Source: an uncultured bacterium (GTDB lineage: Bacteria; Desulfobacterota_D; UBA1144; Nemesobacterales; UBA2774). From it: a DNA stretch of 64,000 bases. Position numbers and translations under genes: made by a program. The stretch is from the NCBI GenBank assembly GCA_963825135.1, contig CAWGRW010000009.1, positions 224,001 to 288,000 on the forward strand, read 5' to 3'. This document shows, piece by piece, positions 21,290 to 31,774 of the stretch. How positions within the stretch are numbered: position 1 is the stretch's first letter; every line of letters begins with the position of its first letter. The notes under the pieces are model-generated. The model did not search any database. It had not been told where the DNA came from and saw nothing but the letters and a program-made list of their open reading frames with translations.

Positions 21290-21889
21290 ATGAATATCAC
21301 GAGCCTGAAACAGATTTACGTCATAATTCCGTTTATGGTCATGGTTCTTGCCGGCTGTTACCCCAAAACGGACGAGATAAAGGAGCTTTACGACAGGCAG
21401 GCGGCCCTCGAAGCCAAAATAGACAAGATGTCCCAGGACATGGAAGCGGGGCTCGCTCAAATCAACCGGGACATGGACGTCGTAGAGGGCAACCAGACCA
21501 GGCTCGCGGGGGATATGGTGGCCTTAAAGGAGCAGAACACGGCCCCGGACAAGAGGACAGACACTGCCCCGGGCAAAAAAACTACAAAAAACACAAAAAG
21601 TACGGAGAGTAAGCCTAAATCTCCTTCAAATTCCCCCGAAAAGATATATTCCAAGGCGCTGGCTAATTACGACGACGGCAAGTTCGAGGACGCTATACTG
21701 GAATACCAGAGGCTGATCGACACCTACCCCAGGGACAAGAGGGTCCCCGAGGCATATCTAAAGCAGGGGCTCTCGCTCATCAACCTCGGAAGGAAACAGG
21801 AGGCTAAGTACTTCCTCAACACCCTCATCGACAAATACCCGAACTCCCAGGAAGCCCAGACGGCGCGGGAGAAGCTGAAAACGATTTAA
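21290..21889 (+). CDS. cpoB: Tol-Pal associated CpoB/YbgF-like TPR lipoprotein
   Basis: LAGC lipobox, coiled coil, TPRs ending LIDKYPNSQEA. Confidence 0.75.
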   Translation: MNITSLKQIYVIIPFMVMVLAGCYPKTDEIKELYDRQAALEAKIDKMSQDMEAGLAQINRDMDVVEGNQTRLAGDMVALKEQNTAPDKRTDTAPGKKTTKNTKSTESKPKSPSNSPEKIYSKALANYDDGKFEDAILEYQRLIDTYPRDKRVPEAYLKQGLSLINLGRKQEAKYFLNTLIDKYPNSQEAQTAREKLKTI

Positions 21890-22136
21890 CCGCACGGGAG
21901 AGCCCTCGCCCCGATCCGCTTCTATTCTTAAGTGGAGCCATCATTTGCGTTCCCACAGAAACCCGGGTCGCAATTCCCATATCAAACGCACTGACGCGAG
22001 CCGTTGAAGTAATCCTGCCGAATCCGGAGAAATAATTCTTTTGCAGATCAGACACTTGCAAATGCAACTATAAATGCCCCGCATCCCTTTAGGCTCAAAG
22101 ATCATCACAAACGTAAAATTCACAAGGAGGTGCTTC

Positions 22137-22613
22137 ATGACGAAGCTCAATCTATTGGCAGTTGCAGCTGCATTTGTTTTGGTTCTAGGTCTTGCCGGTT
22201 TTGGCGCAACGGCTGCGCGCGCCGACGGCGGTACGGCGGTAGCGACGGCCGGAGTCGGCGGATACGACCCGGTCTCATACTTCACGGTATCCGGGCCGGT
22301 GAGGGGGAGCGGGAGATACACGGCAGAGTATCAGGGCATAACGTACCTGTTCGCAAACGAAGCGGACAAGAACGCGTTTCAGAAGGACCCGGCCAAATAC
22401 CTCCCGGCTTTCGGCGGTTATTGCGCCTACGGTGTCGCTAAAGGAAAGAAGTTCTGGGCAAACCCCGAGGTGTGGGAGATAGTGGACGGCACACTCTACC
22501 TGAACCTGGATAAATCCGTCCAGCAGAAGTGGGACGAGGACAAACCGGGCTACATTAAGAAAGCGGACGGGAACTGGGACGCCATCAAGGATAAATCCCC
22601 GGGTGATCTGTAA
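22137..22613 (+). CDS. Secreted YHS-domain protein
   Basis: GGYDPVSYF, PAKYLPAFGGYCAYG, IVDGTLYLN; AAGGAGG RBS. Confidence 0.9.
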   Translation: MTKLNLLAVAAAFVLVLGLAGFGATAARADGGTAVATAGVGGYDPVSYFTVSGPVRGSGRYTAEYQGITYLFANEADKNAFQKDPAKYLPAFGGYCAYGVAKGKKFWANPEVWEIVDGTLYLNLDKSVQQKWDEDKPGYIKKADGNWDAIKDKSPGDL

Positions 22614-22641
22614 TAGTTTTAAATAATGGAATCTGAACGCG

Positions 22642-22689
22642 ACGGGGAGTGCGCCCGGATATCCGCAGGCGTACTCCCCGTTTTTTTTT
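22642..22689 (+). terminator. Rho-independent terminator
   Basis: ACGGGGAGTGCGCC / GGCGTACTCCCCGT stem followed by a long T run. Confidence 0.85.
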
Positions 22690-22738
22690 GTTTTGGATCG
22701 ATAAGGGGGAAAAAGCCGTCTCCGGCGCAGCGTTCTCT

Positions 22739-24136
22739 CTAAATCGTAGCGGGCTTCTTCGAGGCGGCTATAAGCACCGCCACGGCGCAGGACGCGATCT
22801 TGGTGCGGAGCGAATCGGACCTGCTCGCGAGGATTATAGGGACACGCGCGCCGAGCACAATCCCCGCCCCCTCCGCCCTCGCCATGAACGTGAGCTGCTT
22901 CGCGAGCATGTTCCCCGCTTCGAGGTCGGGCACGATCATGATGTCCGGGTCCCCGGCGACCTCCGACACTATCCCCTTCATTTCGGCGGCCTCTTTGTTT
23001 ATAGCGTTGTCGAACGCGAGCGGCCCGTCGAGTATCGCCCCCGTTATCTGCCCCCTCTCGGCCATCTTGCACAGAGCCGCGGCATCGAGCGTAGAGCGGA
23101 TCTTGGACGTAACGGTCTCTACGGCAGAGAGTATGGCCACCTTGGGCCTCTCGATTCCGAGTATATGCGCGAGGTCGATCGCGTTCCTGCATATGTCCGC
23201 CTTGTCGTCGAGCCCGGGGTATATGTTTATCGCGGCGTCAGTGATTATGAGCGTCTTATGGTACGTGGGCACGTCCATGATATACGCGTGGCTAAGTCTT
23301 CTTTCCGTCCTGAGCCCCGTGTCGTGATTAACGACCTCCGTCATAAGCTCGTCCGTGTGCAGGCTCCCTTTCATGAGCACCGTGCACTCCCCCTCCCTTA
23401 CGAGCCTTACGGCTTCGGCGGCGGAGGCGTGGCTGTGGGGAGTGTTGACGATCCTGAGCCCCTCTATATCTATGCCGTTTTCCGCGGCTACTTTTCTAAT
23501 CCTCTCTTCCGGGCCCACAAGAACGGGTTCGATGAGGTCTTCCTTCCAGGCGGTCACGACCGCCCTCAGCGAAGACTCGTCGCAGGGATGCGCGACCGCG
23601 GTGCGGGGAGTATCCAGCTCGGCGCACTTCTCTATGAAGTGTTCGTACTTGTTATAGGTCTTTACTAACAGCTCGGGGCCCTCGGTGAGCGGAACGGAAA
23701 CCTTTACCACCGGGGCTATCACGGACGCGCTCCCCGTCATGACGGTCTCCCCCTTCTGGTTCAGGCAGAGGCAGTCGAAGATTATTATCCTCGTTCCGGG
23801 CTCTTTCCTGTTCACCCGTATGGTGAGCGTTATGGTATCCCCGACCTTGAGCGTCTTGATGAAATCGAGCTTCTGCGAGACGTAAACCGTGCCCGGCCCC
23901 GGCAGCTCGGAGCCGAGGAGCGTAGATGCCAGGAGACCGCTCCATATGCTCTGCGCGGCGAGCTTCCCCGAATTATATTTCATAGCGAAGCCCTCGTCGA
24001 GGTGTATAGGGTCGAGGTCGCCGGTCAAAGCGGCGAACTTCTCGAGGTCGTCCTTCGTTAGGGTCTTCTTGATGCTGGCAGTATCGCCCAGCTTTATCTC
24101 TTCGAAAGTCTTGTTCTCAAGCGTCCTGCCGGTCAC
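22739..24136 (-). CDS. Bifunctional MaoC-type enoyl-CoA hydratase / phosphate acetyl(butyryl)transferase
   Basis: N-terminal FAALTGDLDPIHLD...LPGPG; C-terminal LMKGSLHTD, DGPLAFDNAI, PDLEAGNM. Confidence 0.92.
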   Translation of the reverse strand: MTGRTLENKTFEEIKLGDTASIKKTLTKDDLEKFAALTGDLDPIHLDEGFAMKYNSGKLAAQSIWSGLLASTLLGSELPGPGTVYVSQKLDFIKTLKVGDTITLTIRVNRKEPGTRIIIFDCLCLNQKGETVMTGSASVIAPVVKVSVPLTEGPELLVKTYNKYEHFIEKCAELDTPRTAVAHPCDESSLRAVVTAWKEDLIEPVLVGPEERIRKVAAENGIDIEGLRIVNTPHSHASAAEAVRLVREGECTVLMKGSLHTDELMTEVVNHDTGLRTERRLSHAYIMDVPTYHKTLIITDAAINIYPGLDDKADICRNAIDLAHILGIERPKVAILSAVETVTSKIRSTLDAAALCKMAERGQITGAILDGPLAFDNAINKEAAEMKGIVSEVAGDPDIMIVPDLEAGNMLAKQLTFMARAEGAGIVLGARVPIILASRSDSLRTKIASCAVAVLIAASKKPATI

Positions 24137-24230
24137 TGCACTTCACTCCTCTGATTAATTATAATGCCGTTCGGCACGGGGGAATATTATGCCGGAGTTC
24201 TATGAAGCGGGGATTAAGACCGGAGGGCCG

Positions 24231-25191
24231 CTATAGAGTGCGCTTGAGGTCGGGCCTGTTCTCCATATACCAGTCGATAGTATCACGGAGCCCTTCCCCG
24301 AGGGATATTTCGGATTCGAAGCCGAACTCCTCCCTTGCCCTGGATACGTCGAGCTTACGCCGCGGCTGTCCGTCAGGGCGCGAGGAGTCCCATTCGACTT
24401 CTCCCTCGTAACCGACCATCTTCTTTATCATATCGACGAGCTCGCGAATCCTGATCTCCTCCCCCGAACCCAGGTTAACGGGGGCGCTCTTGTCGTATCT
24501 CTCGGCAGCCATGACTATCCCCCTCGCGGCGTCCCGCACATAGAGAAACTCCCTCGACGGGCTGCCCGTACCCCACGCCGTGACCTTTTTCAGGCCCCTT
24601 TCCCTGGCGTCATTAAATTTTAGTATCAAAGCGGGTATTACGTGGGCGTCCTCGGCATCGAAGCGGTCTCCCGGGCCGTAGAGGTTCACAGGGATCAGAT
24701 ATATCGCGTTAAAACCGTACTGCTTCCTGTAGGACTCGGCCTGGACGAGCAGCGCCTTCTTCGCCACGCCGTAAGGGGCGTTCGTCTCCTCGGGGTAACC
24801 GTCCCACAAGCTCTCCTCCCTGAACGGAACACGCGTGAGCTTCGGATAAGAGCAGACGGTCCCGACAGCCACGAACTTTTTCAACCCCCGCCCGTCTGGA
24901 GGCCTCCATTAGCTGTATTCCCATGACCGCGTTATCGTAAAAGAGCTCGCCCGGGTGCCTCAGATTGTATCCTATGCCCCCCACATTAGCAGCGAGGTGA
25001 ATGACGACGTCCGCGCCGTCGACCGCGCGCGCGCAATTCTCCCACTTCCTCAGGTCGAGGTCGCCGCTCCGGGGTATGATAATATTCTCCTTCCCGACCC
25101 CTCTCGCCGCGAGCTCCCCGGCGACGAACGAGCCGAGAAACCCGCCCCCGCCGGTAAGTAATATTTTTTTCGAGACGAAATCCTTAGTCAT
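24231..25191 (-). CDS. fcl: GDP-L-fucose synthase, split by a +1 frameshift near 24884
   Basis: TGGGGFLG and HLAANVGGI, then [27 protein letters not shown]. Confidence 0.92.
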
Positions 25192-25255
25192 ATTCCAAAG
25201 TCACCACTGATAAAAATTACGATAAGCTCGCCGCTCCTCCGCCCGGCTGCGGATA

Positions 25256-26299
25256 TTAATCTATTTCCCACCATCTGTCGGGGAATCTTTCTTTCAGTAT
25301 CCTGTCCCCTTCCCCGGGCGGCACGAGCCCTGCCCTTCTCATATCCGCATCCACCATGATTCTCACGAGGTCCCCGAACCCGATAGCGGGCTCCCATCCG
25401 AGGCCCTCTTTCGCCCTCCCGGAGTCCGCTCTCAGGCTCTCGACCTCGTTCGGCCTGAAGTAGTTCGGGTCGCTTTTTACATACTCGCTCCAATTGAGAC
25501 CGACGTAGGAGAAGGCCTCCTCGACAAACTCTCCGACCGAATGCGCCTCTCCCGTCCCGATTACGTAGCTCCGGGGGGCGTCCTGCTGGAGGATCTTCCA
25601 CATCGTCTCGACATACTCGGGCGCGTACCCCCAATCACGCTTTGGCTCGAGGCTCCCCAGGAAAAGGGAGTCCTGTCTACCGAGCAGGATATTGGAGAGC
25701 GCCATGGTAATCTTCCTCGTTACGAACGTCTCGCCCCTCCTCGGGGATTCGTGGTTGAACAGTATCCCGTTGACGGCGAACAGGCCGTACCCGTCCCTGT
25801 AGTTCGTCACCATCCAGTGCGCCATGAGCTTCCCGCACGCGTAAGGGCTCCTCGGACGGAATTCCGTGAGCTCGTTCTGGGGCGGCGGCGAGTCTCCATA
25901 CATCTCGCTGCTCGACGCCTGATAAAAACGGCAGTTTATCCCGCTGCTCCTGATCGATTCGAGGAGCCTCACCGTACCGAGACCGGTGATGTTGTTACTG
26001 TATTCGGGCATATCGAAGCTCACGCGGACGTGGCTCTGGGCCGCGAGGTTGTATATCTCGTCGGGCCTGACGCCGTACATCAGGCTCGTCAAGCTGCCGG
26101 TATCGCTCAGGTCCCCGTAGTGGAGGTAAAGCCTCGCGCCGGGCACGTGCGGATCGACGTATATGTGATCTATCCTCTCCGTGTTGAAGGTGCTCGACCT
26201 CCTTATCAGGCCGTGAACCTCATACCCTTTTGCCAACAAGAACTCTGCGAGATACGACCCGTCCTGTCCCGTTATTCCCGTTATTAGTGCCTTTTTCAT
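25256..26299 (-). CDS. gmd: GDP-mannose 4,6-dehydratase
   Basis: [45 protein letters not shown]. Confidence 0.97.
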   Translation of the reverse strand: MKKALITGITGQDGSYLAEFLLAKGYEVHGLIRRSSTFNTERIDHIYVDPHVPGARLYLHYGDLSDTGSLTSLMYGVRPDEIYNLAAQSHVRVSFDMPEYSNNITGLGTVRLLESIRSSGINCRFYQASSSEMYGDSPPPQNELTEFRPRSPYACGKLMAHWMVTNYRDGYGLFAVNGILFNHESPRRGETFVTRKITMALSNILLGRQDSLFLGSLEPKRDWGYAPEYVETMWKILQQDAPRSYVIGTGEAHSVGEFVEEAFSYVGLNWSEYVKSDPNYFRPNEVESLRADSGRAKEGLGWEPAIGFGDLVRIMVDADMRRAGLVPPGEGDRILKERFPDRWWEID

Positions 26300-26496
26300 T
26301 TTTAACCCCGTCCTGTCCCGTATACCGGCCCGACCTCTCGATTCCGTTCCCTTACAGCGGCGCCCGCGTCTAATTATCGCCGCAAACAGAGAAAATAGCA
26401 CGCTTTATGCGCGAAGGGAGAGAGCCTGCCCGGTACGCTTTTCCTGTGCGCATATTACAGGCGTACATATTATATACGGTTATATCCTGCCGCCGC

Positions 26497-27459
26497 TCAG
26501 TATATTGTTTTCTTCGCGTACAGGCCCGCGTAATGGGAAAACCACGACCCCGGCGGATACCTGAACAATACGTCGCTTCTCGCAAGGAGAAACATCTCGA
26601 TTAAAGCGGCTTCCGCCGTTTCCACGGGCAATTCCTGGTGCAGCTCCTTCGAGCTGTCCGTGCCGAATTCCTTTTCGTATGATATTACATTACAGACTGA
26701 TTGTGAGACAAACTCCTGGACAATGCGGGAATCGGTGCATAGAAAGACCGCGTATTCCGAATCCTTAAACCCGGCCGCCGCCTTTTTTATTCTATCCAGA
26801 CAGGCGGCGAGCGCCTTCGTCTGGTCGAGCCAGTACTTCGTATGTCCTGAAGGGGGCATGGCCGGATTGTAATACCTTATATGCACGCCAATGACCTTCT
26901 TGTTTCTGAAATGCTTTTCCTCAAACTCGTCCGCCCTCTCTTTAAGCTCCGCCCTCAATACAAGCGCGTCGAAAAAGGGTTTCAGATTCTGATTCGGGCC
27001 GTAGCAGCCGTGCGTGACGATGATTTTTTGTCTCACGTCGATGAGATTATTTATTATACGGTCCGTCTCCTCCTGCCGTCTTTGCATCCTTCGCTTGAAC
27101 AGATTGTCCGTAATGACGCCCGCTTTACTCAACACCTTATAAAGAATTAAAGACGGGTCGGGTGCGGGGGAGAAAAAGTAGGGGTGTAATATGAGGAGGG
27201 CCGACAAGATGTCGATCCTCGGCTCGGCTATAACCGGAACGCCTTCGATATTTTCCGGGACTTTGAAAAACCGGGTGAACGCGTTCTCCCCTTTATCGGC
27301 CAGGTAAAGCGAGTGCTGCCAGAATACGACAAGGGACCTGTTCGTATGCTTAGCGTAATACCACGCGTTGGCCGCGGCCAGGAGGTTGTCTCCCAACCCT
27401 CTGTTCCGGTGTGAAATAATAACCCTCGGATGCCTTTTCAGTAGCCTCGTAAGGAACAT
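26497..27459 (-). CDS. nodZ: NodZ-like (GT23) alpha-1,6-fucosyltransferase
   Basis: RGLGD..L.AA.AW.YA..T.RSL..W, NAF..FF, VIGVHIR, VFLCTDS and ALIEMFLLAR..L.R.PP.S.F..YA follow recalled NodZ motifs in order. Confidence 0.8.
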   Translation of the reverse strand: MFLTRLLKRHPRVIISHRNRGLGDNLLAAANAWYYAKHTNRSLVVFWQHSLYLADKGENAFTRFFKVPENIEGVPVIAEPRIDILSALLILHPYFFSPAPDPSLILYKVLSKAGVITDNLFKRRMQRRQEETDRIINNLIDVRQKIIVTHGCYGPNQNLKPFFDALVLRAELKERADEFEEKHFRNKKVIGVHIRYYNPAMPPSGHTKYWLDQTKALAACLDRIKKAAAGFKDSEYAVFLCTDSRIVQEFVSQSVCNVISYEKEFGTDSSKELHQELPVETAEAALIEMFLLARSDVLFRYPPGSWFSHYAGLYAKKTIY

Positions 27460-27624
27460 GCCTCAGGTTATTATGACTGATTAAACCGAGGGGTCGATAC
27501 CGGGGCAGGATTGAAGCCGGCAAGCCCCGGATTTCCTTCAATCGAGACTGAGTCTCCCAAACTTTGAAATATTAAATATCCATGCATAATGTAAATGTAT
27601 TAGTGTCAGGGAGGATACCGATTC

Positions 27625-28080
27625 ATGGATTTACAGAAGAAGCACAAATCGCTTTCGCTCGGGGGCCATCTTTATAAATTTTATGCGAAGGGTGAGGACA
27701 CGGGGGGAGCTTACACCTTATTCGAAGCAAATTTACCGCCCATGGACATAGGTCCGCCCCCGCATATACACAGGAACGAAGACGTCGCGTTCTATATCGT
27801 GGAGGGCCTGTTCAGATTTTCTCTGGATGGGAAAGAATTTAAAGCGAAGCCGGGCGACTTCGTGTTCCTGCCCAGGGGACTAAAGCACTGGCTCAGGAAC
27901 GAATCCGATGCGATAGGGAAAATGCTCGTAATCTCTAACCCGGCGGGGTTCGAGAGGCTCTACGACGCGGCGGGAACACCTGTCGAGGACGACGAGAAAA
28001 TGCCGCCCTCTCCCACGAACGAAGAGCTCATGAGACTGGTGCAGGAGGTGCCCAAGTTCGGTATCGAGTTTTTCTTCTGA
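27625..28080 (+). CDS. Cupin domain protein (quercetinase-like)
   Basis: GEDTGGAY, GPPPHIHRNED, FLPRGLKH. Confidence 0.9.
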   Translation: MDLQKKHKSLSLGGHLYKFYAKGEDTGGAYTLFEANLPPMDIGPPPHIHRNEDVAFYIVEGLFRFSLDGKEFKAKPGDFVFLPRGLKHWLRNESDAIGKMLVISNPAGFERLYDAAGTPVEDDEKMPPSPTNEELMRLVQEVPKFGIEFFF

Positions 28081-28117
28081 GATACCGGAGCCCTGTTTTC
28101 CACGGGGTGAAACGCGT

Positions 28118-28573
28118 ATGAATCCTATCAAGAAAAAGAAATCGGTAGCTGTCGTAGGTTCCGTATACAAATTCCTCGCCACCGGGGAGGACACGGGAGG
28201 GGCTTATTCCCTGTTCGAGGCCCTGGTGCCGCCGAGAGACCCGGGGCCGCCGCACCACATTCACAGGAACGAGGACGAGGCCTTATATATACTCCGGGGC
28301 GGGTTCTCGATTTTTCTCGGCGGCGAGGAATTCCGCGGCAAGACGGGTGATTATATATTCCTCCCCCGCGGTATCAGGCACACGTTCAGATCCGATTCCG
28401 ACGAACCCGGCAGGCTGCTCGTAATTGTCAACCCTTCGGGGTTCGAGAAGTTCTTCGACGCCGTAGGAGAGCCCGTTGAGGACGATACGATCCTCCCCCC
28501 GCCGCCGTCAAAGGAGCATATTCAGAAAATTATAGAAGAAGCGCCCAGGTTCGGTATCGAGTTAATCCTCTAA
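28118..28573 (+). CDS. Cupin domain protein (tandem paralog)
   Basis: GEDTGGAY, GPPHHIHRNEDE, FLPRGIRH; same length as its neighbour. Confidence 0.9.
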   Translation: MNPIKKKKSVAVVGSVYKFLATGEDTGGAYSLFEALVPPRDPGPPHHIHRNEDEALYILRGGFSIFLGGEEFRGKTGDYIFLPRGIRHTFRSDSDEPGRLLVIVNPSGFEKFFDAVGEPVEDDTILPPPPSKEHIQKIIEEAPRFGIELIL

Positions 28574-28574
28574 A

Positions 28575-28615
28575 AGAAAGCCTGCCGTCTTCAGCAGTAA
28601 GACGGCAGGCTTCTT
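28575..28615. terminator. Bidirectional terminator between convergent genes
   Basis: AAGCCTGCCGTCTT-7 nt-AAGACGGCAGGCTT perfect stem. Confidence 0.8.
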
Positions 28616-28655
28616 AAAGGAGGTGTGAGAGAAACTGATGTCTTCCCGACTTAAT

Positions 28656-30062
28656 CTAAAAATTGGCCTGAAGCTGGGCCCTTACTATATTCGCGTCCAC
28701 ATTGGGCGCGTTTAAAGTAGCCTCGTTTCTCTGAAACGTATAATTCAGCTGGACCTTCCACCTGTGGTCGTGCGACATGTAGTAGTTTAAGCCCGGCGTC
28801 AGCTCCCATTGCTTACTGGGCACACTCGTATCCGGGGGAACGACGCCCGAGTTCGTATCGAAGTCGATCAATGCGTACCTCGCAGCCAGCTCAACCGTCT
28901 TGGGCAGAAGGAATACGCCCGCCTGGGCCCTGAACCCCTGGTCAAATGCGGTATCCTGAGGGCCCGTATCAGGCGCAAGCCATCTTGCGTCGTATTCCGC
29001 CTCGACGTTGAAGTAGGGCATCTTGAAGTTCAGGTCGCCTGTCAGCTGCGTGAAGTTCGATGATGGGAACCCGAGCTGCGCTATCCTGTCGCAGACTCCG
29101 CCGTTGGGTGTTTTTACCGAGCAGTCGAGTCCGGGTAATGCCGACGCGGCAAAACCTATCGCGAAGGTGGGTTTCTTGGCGAAATTGGGAACAATGTCAT
29201 AGGCTTTCGCGGTGGGGAAAGCTCCGTTTGCGTTAAACTTGTAGTCGTCATCCCCTCCCAAACCTAACTGAATTCTGCCGACGTAGAGCATATTCGAGTC
29301 AACGCTCGTACCGTTAATCCCGTCCCCGTTAAAAACACCGGCTGCATAAGAAAAGTGATTGTTTTTCCCGATGCCACCCAGGAGCGCGAGACCGCGGTCT
29401 CTTTCCAATGAAAACTGGGAGTTGACTATAGACCTTTCAATTATCTGCAACGACGCCGTGGAAGTCAGCTCTTCCCTGTTGAAGGGGACTTTCCACTGTC
29501 CGGTTCTCGGCGCTATTTCCTTCCGATACGCCGCCGTGATGTATGCATCCTTCAGGAGGGAGCTCGCTGCGGGGTCTATCATGAGCATATAATAGAACCA
29601 CGGTTTGAATGCGTAGCCGTCCCACCTCATCTCGAACCTGCGGATGTTGAAGTTTGTCGCCACGTCCTTTCCGTCAGTGTCAGTGACAACACCCTGTATC
29701 TGAGGCATCATCGTAAATCTCATCTTAAACGCAAAACCTTTGTCGTCGGTCGACTCGAAAGTAAAACCCTTATCATACTTTGCTAAAAACTTGTTATACC
29801 AGGCGTCCTTGTCCACTGTCTCCTGCTGTGTCTTTATCTCGGTTATCTTCTCCTGATCGGCCGCCCTTTCCGATTGAAGACTCTCGAGCTGCTTCTTAAG
29901 CTCGTCTATCTGCTTCTGGTTCTGGAGCTGTATGATCTCGATCTGTTTCTTAAGCTCTTCTATCTGCTGCTTCGTCGATTGGGCGTACGAGCCCGCGGGG
30001 CAAAGCAGTATCAGGAAGAGGAGCACCACCGCCTCCATGTTCCTACTGACTTTACTTATCAT
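28656..30062 (-). CDS. OprO/OprP-family anion-selective porin with N-terminal coiled coil
   Basis: Signal peptide, coiled coil, FNIRR, DAYI, GQWKVPF.REE..S...IERS, C-terminal Phe. Confidence 0.85.
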   Translation of the reverse strand: MISKVSRNMEAVVLLFLILLCPAGSYAQSTKQQIEELKKQIEIIQLQNQKQIDELKKQLESLQSERAADQEKITEIKTQQETVDKDAWYNKFLAKYDKGFTFESTDDKGFAFKMRFTMMPQIQGVVTDTDGKDVATNFNIRRFEMRWDGYAFKPWFYYMLMIDPAASSLLKDAYITAAYRKEIAPRTGQWKVPFNREELTSTASLQIIERSIVNSQFSLERDRGLALLGGIGKNNHFSYAAGVFNGDGINGTSVDSNMLYVGRIQLGLGGDDDYKFNANGAFPTAKAYDIVPNFAKKPTFAIGFAASALPGLDCSVKTPNGGVCDRIAQLGFPSSNFTQLTGDLNFKMPYFNVEAEYDARWLAPDTGPQDTAFDQGFRAQAGVFLLPKTVELAARYALIDFDTNSGVVPPDTSVPSKQWELTPGLNYYMSHDHRWKVQLNYTFQRNEATLNAPNVDANIVRAQLQANF

Positions 30063-30102
30063 CTTACTGATCCTCCTATAAGTGTTTTTTTGTGACCTGT
30101 CG

Positions 30103-30765
30103 TCATTTTGCGAACGACCCGCCGGCTGATTTTAAATCCGGTCTGTCGTACCTCGAATACCTGACACTCCTCGCGCTCCTCGACCCGCCGGTGACGGGCA
30201 CTCCGAGCGCCTGCGAGAGCCCGCGTCTCAGCGGCTCCAGCTTCTCCCTGAAGACCCTCAGGCCTTTGACATAAGCCGCGGGGTTGTTCTGCCACAAGAG
30301 GAAGTTATTGAATACCTGTTTGAGCCGTTCCCCGACTACGGACGAATCGAAGCTCCAGTCGAAGTCCCCTTCGATAGGGTAAAAGGTCTGGAAGAAGAGG
30401 AGCTGTTTTATGACGCTCCTGTGATCCTCGATGTAATAGAGATCGAAGTAACCCGTCCTCACCCAGCTGTATCCGCTGGCGAAACTCTCCGCGAAATTGT
30501 CTTCCAGCCCTAATTTTTTCCCTGCGATGTACACCAGGTTCACGAATACATACGCCGCCTCCGGCGTGAAATACCCGTGTTCCGAAAATCCCTCGTCGAG
30601 CCGGTTGAGGCTGCTTACAAAATAGAGCCCGCTGTATTTTTTCGCGAAGCCCGAGCCCGGTATCGCGCTCAAATCGAGCTCTCCGACATCGGCGATTTCA
30701 ATAAGTGATTTCCTGATGTTGTTCCATTCCCGATTTGCTATCCTGATCGTTTCTTCAGATGTCAT
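30103..30765 (-). CDS. Hypothetical protein
   Basis: 220-aa ORF with AGGAG RBS, co-oriented and 40 bp upstream of the porin. Confidence 0.7.
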   Translation of the reverse strand: MTSEETIRIANREWNNIRKSLIEIADVGELDLSAIPGSGFAKKYSGLYFVSSLNRLDEGFSEHGYFTPEAAYVFVNLVYIAGKKLGLEDNFAESFASGYSWVRTGYFDLYYIEDHRSVIKQLLFFQTFYPIEGDFDWSFDSSVVGERLKQVFNNFLLWQNNPAAYVKGLRVFREKLEPLRRGLSQALGVPVTGGSRSARSVRYSRYDRPDLKSAGGSFAK

Positions 30766-31012
30766 TTTTTTCTCCTGTAAGCTTCCTTTTGCTTTTTTGC
30801 GTAGAAATCCCCCGTAAAGTTGTATTTATGAAAAATCAACTTTTTAAAGTTCGCGGAAATTTCCCGCAGTTCACCCGTGCGCCCGTATTAAAGCGTCAGA
30901 CCACAGGACCCTCGACTGTCTCAGAAACTAACTGGATTCAGGACAACAGTAATACGTACCCCTCAGCTTGATGCGGTGCTTAAGGACTAACAAATTTTTG
31001 ATATACACGTGT

Positions 31013-31774
31013 TCAGGCATTTAGCAGCCCCCACCTTTCCCTGACGCGGTTCTCGAGCTTCGTGAATACGAACCTGTCGACCGTTATGCCTATGACTATT
31101 ATTATTATCATTACCGCTATGATCTGGCTTATGTCGTTCAACTCCCTCCCCATCGTCAGGAGGTGTCCGAGCCCGATGCTCACGTACAACAGCTCGCCCG
31201 CCATGAGAGCGCGCCACGCGAAGGACCAGCCCTGCTTGAGCCCGCTTATTATGGACGGCATCGCGGCAGGGATTATGACTTTGGTATAGAGATCGAAGCC
31301 GCCCGCGCCCATCGTCCTCGCGGCCCGGAGGTATATGGGGGGCACGTTCTTCACGCCGGAATCGACCCCTATCGTCACGGCGAAGAGCGATCCGAGCACG
31401 ACCACCATAACTATCGCGCTTTCGCTGAGCCCGAACCAGAGGAGCGCTATCGGGAGCCAGCATATGCTCGGGAGCGCCTGGAACCCGAGCACTATGGTGC
31501 CGACAGTCTCGTCGAGCACCTTCACCCGCCCTATCGCGAGCCCAATCAACAGCCCGCCCGCGACGGACAACCCGTAGCCGATCAGCACCCTCTTCATACT
31601 GACCAGTATGCCGATTGTGAAGCTGTTGTCCTGAAAGCCCGCTATGAGCGAGCTTAAGACGCCGAGCGGAGACGGGAACAGGTAAGAGGGCCATATATGC
31701 AGTGCGGCGACCCCTTGCCATATCGCTATCAGGAGCAGATAAAAAGCCGTTAATAGAATTACCTTGCGTTTCAT
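31013..31774 (-). CDS. ABC transporter permease (SsuC/TauC/NrtB-like)
   Basis: LFPSP, QALPSICWLP, EAA-like loop AARTMGA, WRALMAGE; ATG overlaps the ATPase stop. Confidence 0.92.
   Translation of the reverse strand: MKRKVILLTAFYLLLIAIWQGVAALHIWPSYLFPSPLGVLSSLIAGFQDNSFTIGILVSMKRVLIGYGLSVAGGLLIGLAIGRVKVLDETVGTIVLGFQALPSICWLPIALLWFGLSESAIVMVVVLGSLFAVTIGVDSGVKNVPPIYLRAARTMGAGGFDLYTKVIIPAAMPSIISGLKQGWSFAWRALMAGELLYVSIGLGHLLTMGRELNDISQIIAVMIIIIVIGITVDRFVFTKLENRVRERWGLLNA

Noticed and set aside
22739..24136. MaoC-phosphate acyltransferase fusion as a novelty
   Set aside because: This is a known, widespread bifunctional architecture.
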